Of a stretch of 64,000 bases of DNA, positions 60,431 to 64,000 are shown piece after piece. The translations under genes and the position numbers were made by a program. How positions within the stretch are numbered: position 1 is the first letter of the stretch; each line of letters opens with the position of its first letter. The stretch spans positions 248,001 to 312,000 of the forward strand of contig BROI01000027.1 in assembly GCA_027923505.1 (NCBI GenBank), read 5' to 3'. Source of the DNA: Mayamaea pseudoterrestris (taxonomy: Eukaryota). The notes beneath the pieces were generated by a model. It was not told where the DNA came from. It made no database searches and worked only from the letters and a program-made list of their open reading frames with translations.

Positions 60431-61664
60431 TTACACACACAAGAATCCAAAGATTGCTACTGCCGCCGCCATGAACAACCAGCCTTCCCCGGCGCGCGAT
60501 CCACTCGTCAAGATTGGAAGCTCGTACGTCGCATCATTCGTTCCCTTGTAGTTACTCGCCTGCTGATACGTTTGCATGAGCTCCTCCTTTGTCGTCGCCG
60601 ACGAAGAATCGCCAATGAATATATTGTTTTGAAAGTAGGGAACAGCGACGGAACCGTTCACAGCCAACTCGTCGGGCAGTGCACTGTCGACGCCACCGTA
60701 TTCCTCCGCTGCCAAACCAGCGTCGACCCATCCCGATGGCGCGTAACTAAAGCCCGACAGAAAGTGTGGCGTTCCATCCGTCTTCAAACAGTAAACCAAC
60801 ACGGTATCGCCCGCCAAATTCAAGTTGAACAATGTATCCGAGGCGTTTCCGTCAACGACGGACCACCGTGCATCATCCTCCGTTTCGAATCCATAGCTAA
60901 AGAGAGCGCCAACGCCAATGCCTTCAAAGGTTTCTCCATCTATACCGACTGATGATGCCGGAATTGAGTACTGACGTTTGAAAAGAGAATAATGAAGGAG
61001 ACGAGTGGTGTGAGGAATGAACGAAAGCTCGTCAGCCCGTCGACGCGGCACGCTCCATGAATGATCAAGTCACATGTAATAGCCATTACATCCAATATAC
61101 ATATACATGTATACTCACCGCCAGTGTCGCTTCTCCGTTTCCCATGAATGCGCTTCCATTCCAGGCCTGGTCCGTCACGTAAAGGGTGTTTACGGACGTT
61201 GGAACGTTGGCCAATGTGAAAAAGGCCATGCTGTTGGGGTCTTGGCTGTTCATCAAGGTCAAGAATACGTCGCCCACTTGCAGCTGGCTGCACGGACTTG
61301 TAGTGTCTATTGTATTGTTAGCGTCGATTGTTGTAGTACTAGGGCTCGCTGCCATGGTTGGAAGCATGGTTGGAATTGCCGAGGCTGACGCAGCAACCGT
61401 CGTTTCGACGGTTGCACCGGGCGTCGGAACCATGGTGGTAGCCGGCAAGCTACTAGTAGGCGAGTCTGTCGCAGTGCTGCTCATTGAAGGCGATGCGGAT
61501 ATTGACGTTGGAGACTCGGATACAGTAGTAATGGTTGTTGGTGTGACAGTTGCAGCTGCTGCTGCCAAGGGCGACATGGATGGAGAAGCGGTTGTAGCTG
61601 CTATCTGCGCATGGGAAATTCGGCTCGTGGCGAAAAGTATAGCAAACCTTTGTATTGTCTTCAT
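60431..61664 (-). CDS. Secreted, probably GPI-anchored surface protein with S/T-rich stalk (2 exons)
   Basis: Exon 1 61664-61119 (signal peptide, mucin-like S/T/P/A tract, GDVFLTLMNSQDPNSMAFFTL...YVTDQAWNGSAF), GT-AG intron 61118-60971, exon 2 60970-60431 in frame (YSIP...), ending SGS...GWLFMAAAVAIFGFLCV*. Confidence 0.8.
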
Positions 61665-61963
61665 GCTTCTATTTTAAGTAAGTATCTTTGTATGCTCTTG
61701 CTTCGTCTGCTTGTCGTCGAAGAATGATGGTTGCCTGCCGATGGACGGATGCCAAGATCGAGCAAAAGATCAAGATTGATCGCTGTCACGCACGATCAAT
61801 GACCGAGTCTTGGAACGACAAGTTGTGTACACTCTTCTCACACTTGAAAACATCCGCACGTCATACATGACTCATTTTCTTTTGTTCACGCCGCGACGGC
61901 GCGCCACCATGAGAGGACCGTCACTCGCACCGCAGAAAATCTGCGCATCATCCAAACATCGTC

Positions 61964-63679
61964 ATGCCTTCCGCCCCCGCATCTTTGACAATCAGCAATG
62001 ACAGTCATGCACGTACACATTCGCTGCTGTTGCAGTCAATCTTTATGCTTCTTGGCGTGGCCGTGCTGGTGCCGTGGAACGCGTTCATCTCGGCCAAGGA
62101 TTACCTTTCCGTGCGACTCGGCGACTGCGGCGGCGCTGTGGAATCCACCATTGCCATTATTTTCAATGTTTCGTCGGTTTCGAGTTTGACCTTGCTGATG
62201 CTGTGGCAGTGGAACAATGAAGCAAAGAGAGATTCAAGTAGTGAACCGATCGATGACATTGACGAGCAAGAGCGAGCTGCAACGACGACGACTCCATCAA
62301 GCAAGACAGCAAAAAGCCAACGAGAAACCCCTGCCGGCGCTAGTAACCGCAATCACGCATTCATCATGGTCATGGGCTCGCTCACTCTCAATTTAGCGGT
62401 CTTTGTGATCCAATGCTGCTTGGTCTTGGTGCTGCACTTGGAGAAATCCACCACTCGATTCATGATACTGACTAACATTGGCTTGACGGGCTTGACTGGA
62501 TCCGTCGCCACGGCGGGAGTCGTCTTGACGTGTACTTGCAATGAAGCAATGACTAGCATGCTGCATCCATACTTTCAGGGACAGGCCATTGGCGGTTTGC
62601 TCGTGTCGTTGATGAATTTCATGGCAGCGTCGTACAAGGATCCGAGCGATTTTACGCAAAAGCAGTGTCATGACAATCAATCTGCAAACGATAGCTTGTC
62701 GCATTTTGAGTATGCGAGGCAGAGTCTCTCGGTGGTTGATGCGAGCGGCAGCAGCAGTAGCGACAGCGACTGCTCCTACGAACGCATTGACTGGGCCGTC
62801 TTTGGTTACTTTGTGACCGGAAGCTTGCTGCTCGTCGCTTCCATTGCCGGGTATTTGCACGTTTACCGACTGCAGAAATACAATTACGAGCCAGCCGGGC
62901 AGGACGACGAAATTGACTTGGTGCTGACGCAAGTAGCATTGTCGAACATTGACGGATTGGAAATGCAACGAGACGGTACTGAACAAGCGAGGCCAACGTC
63001 AGCTTCACTACTCACGGAGCCGTACCATGACCAACGTTACAATAATGGTCTTGTAGCTGAGGAGTCGAGTGATGGAATCATGATTGAATGCGAAGTCAAG
63101 ACTGACTTGTACACCGTTTACAAGCTAATGCGAGCTCCAGCCTGGTGCATCTTTTTGACCTTTGTCGTAACGCTCGCAGTCTTTCCAGGCTGGACGTCGC
63201 AGCTGCAGAGTGCATGGCGGTGTCAATCGACCTTTCGCATTGCCAATGACTTGTATACGCCATTGACCTTTGCTTTATTTAATGCTGGCGACTTGACCGG
63301 ACGAATTCTCAGTGGACGCGTGCCAATGGATCTCGTCAGCAGTCGCGACACATCAAAAAGGCTCGTTCTTGGCGCTTTGCTTCGCGTGCCGCTGGCACTG
63401 TTGCTATTCACGTGCCTTGGTGCTTCGCAACGAGTTTTTCCGTTTGTGGTTCCGTCGGATTTGTATTCATTCGCCATGCAATTCTTGTTCGCGGCATCCA
63501 ATGGTTTCTTGGTGACGCTTGCGTTTGCGCATGCTCCCTCGCTGCTGGAAGTGACAGGATCGAACCTCAACTCTGGTGCGCAGCAGGAACGCATGTCGGA
63601 AATCTTGAGTTTCTCGCTGTCGCTCGGCCTATTGGTGGGAAGCTTGTGCTCCTATCCAGTCTCCAAGCTTGGGCATTGA
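61964..63679 (+). CDS. Equilibrative nucleoside transporter (ENT/SLC29 family)
   Basis: 571-aa ORF with about 11 hydrophobic segments; LLGVAVLVPWNAFISAKDY, GQAIGG, FVVTLAVFPG, FNAGDLTGR, SNGF. Confidence 0.92.
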   Translation: MPSAPASLTISNDSHARTHSLLLQSIFMLLGVAVLVPWNAFISAKDYLSVRLGDCGGAVESTIAIIFNVSSVSSLTLLMLWQWNNEAKRDSSSEPIDDIDEQERAATTTTPSSKTAKSQRETPAGASNRNHAFIMVMGSLTLNLAVFVIQCCLVLVLHLEKSTTRFMILTNIGLTGLTGSVATAGVVLTCTCNEAMTSMLHPYFQGQAIGGLLVSLMNFMAASYKDPSDFTQKQCHDNQSANDSLSHFEYARQSLSVVDASGSSSSDSDCSYERIDWAVFGYFVTGSLLLVASIAGYLHVYRLQKYNYEPAGQDDEIDLVLTQVALSNIDGLEMQRDGTEQARPTSASLLTEPYHDQRYNNGLVAEESSDGIMIECEVKTDLYTVYKLMRAPAWCIFLTFVVTLAVFPGWTSQLQSAWRCQSTFRIANDLYTPLTFALFNAGDLTGRILSGRVPMDLVSSRDTSKRLVLGALLRVPLALLLFTCLGASQRVFPFVVPSDLYSFAMQFLFAASNGFLVTLAFAHAPSLLEVTGSNLNSGAQQERMSEILSFSLSLGLLVGSLCSYPVSKLGH

Positions 63680-64000
63680 CCGTTTTCTTAAATGCATTCG
63701 ACATGGCATGTTACATGCACTTTGTTCCGCTGTTTGCAGGAGAGCAAGCGGCGATTGCAAGCGAAACTGACCATGTGAAGTACGCAATATAGCCATCACA
63801 CATCGAAACGCTTTCTTGTATCTGGTGGCAGCTGTACGCTTGGTTTAATGCGCCGAACATGATGTGATGCCAGAGAATACGGCGAACTACAAATTTCGGA
63901 CATGAGACCTCTTAAAGGCAAACAAACGATAGCGAATGAAAAAAGGACTCCAAGCTTGTATATATTAAGCGCATGGAAATGTATAGCTCAGGTTTTCAAG

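Overview
Eukaryotic nuclear DNA, almost certainly a diatom (stramenopile-type rDNA, short GT-AG introns, PEPC ending in GNTG, diatom-type copia elements). The window has three parts. (1) A gene-dense arm at 1-14.9 kb: partial single-TM receptor-like gene, glycerol dehydrogenase, 6-exon DHX29-like helicase, sulfatase, 3-exon PEP carboxylase and a DsbA/FrnE oxidoreductase. (2) A repeat block at 15.1-51.8 kb: about 57 copies of a 169-bp palindrome-bearing satellite with 13-mer and 6-mer higher-order periodicity; three copies of one Ty1/copia family (two head-to-head, plus an apparently exact 4501-bp tandem duplication); a second copia family; a 5'-truncated but open Ty3/gypsy pol; and CpG-depleted TE relics. 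(3) A single complete rDNA unit on the minus strand (51.9-57.6 kb), followed by a GPI-type surface protein gene and an equilibrative nucleoside transporter. The most notable observation is a ~330-aa insert in the gypsy pol, in frame between RNase H and integrase. By eye it is colinear with the C5-cytosine DNA methyltransferase motifs I, II, IV, VI, VIII, IX and X but lacks the catalytic PC and ENV residues, so it is a candidate retrotransposon-borne pseudo-DNMT. All homology calls are by eye and from memory; no searches were run.
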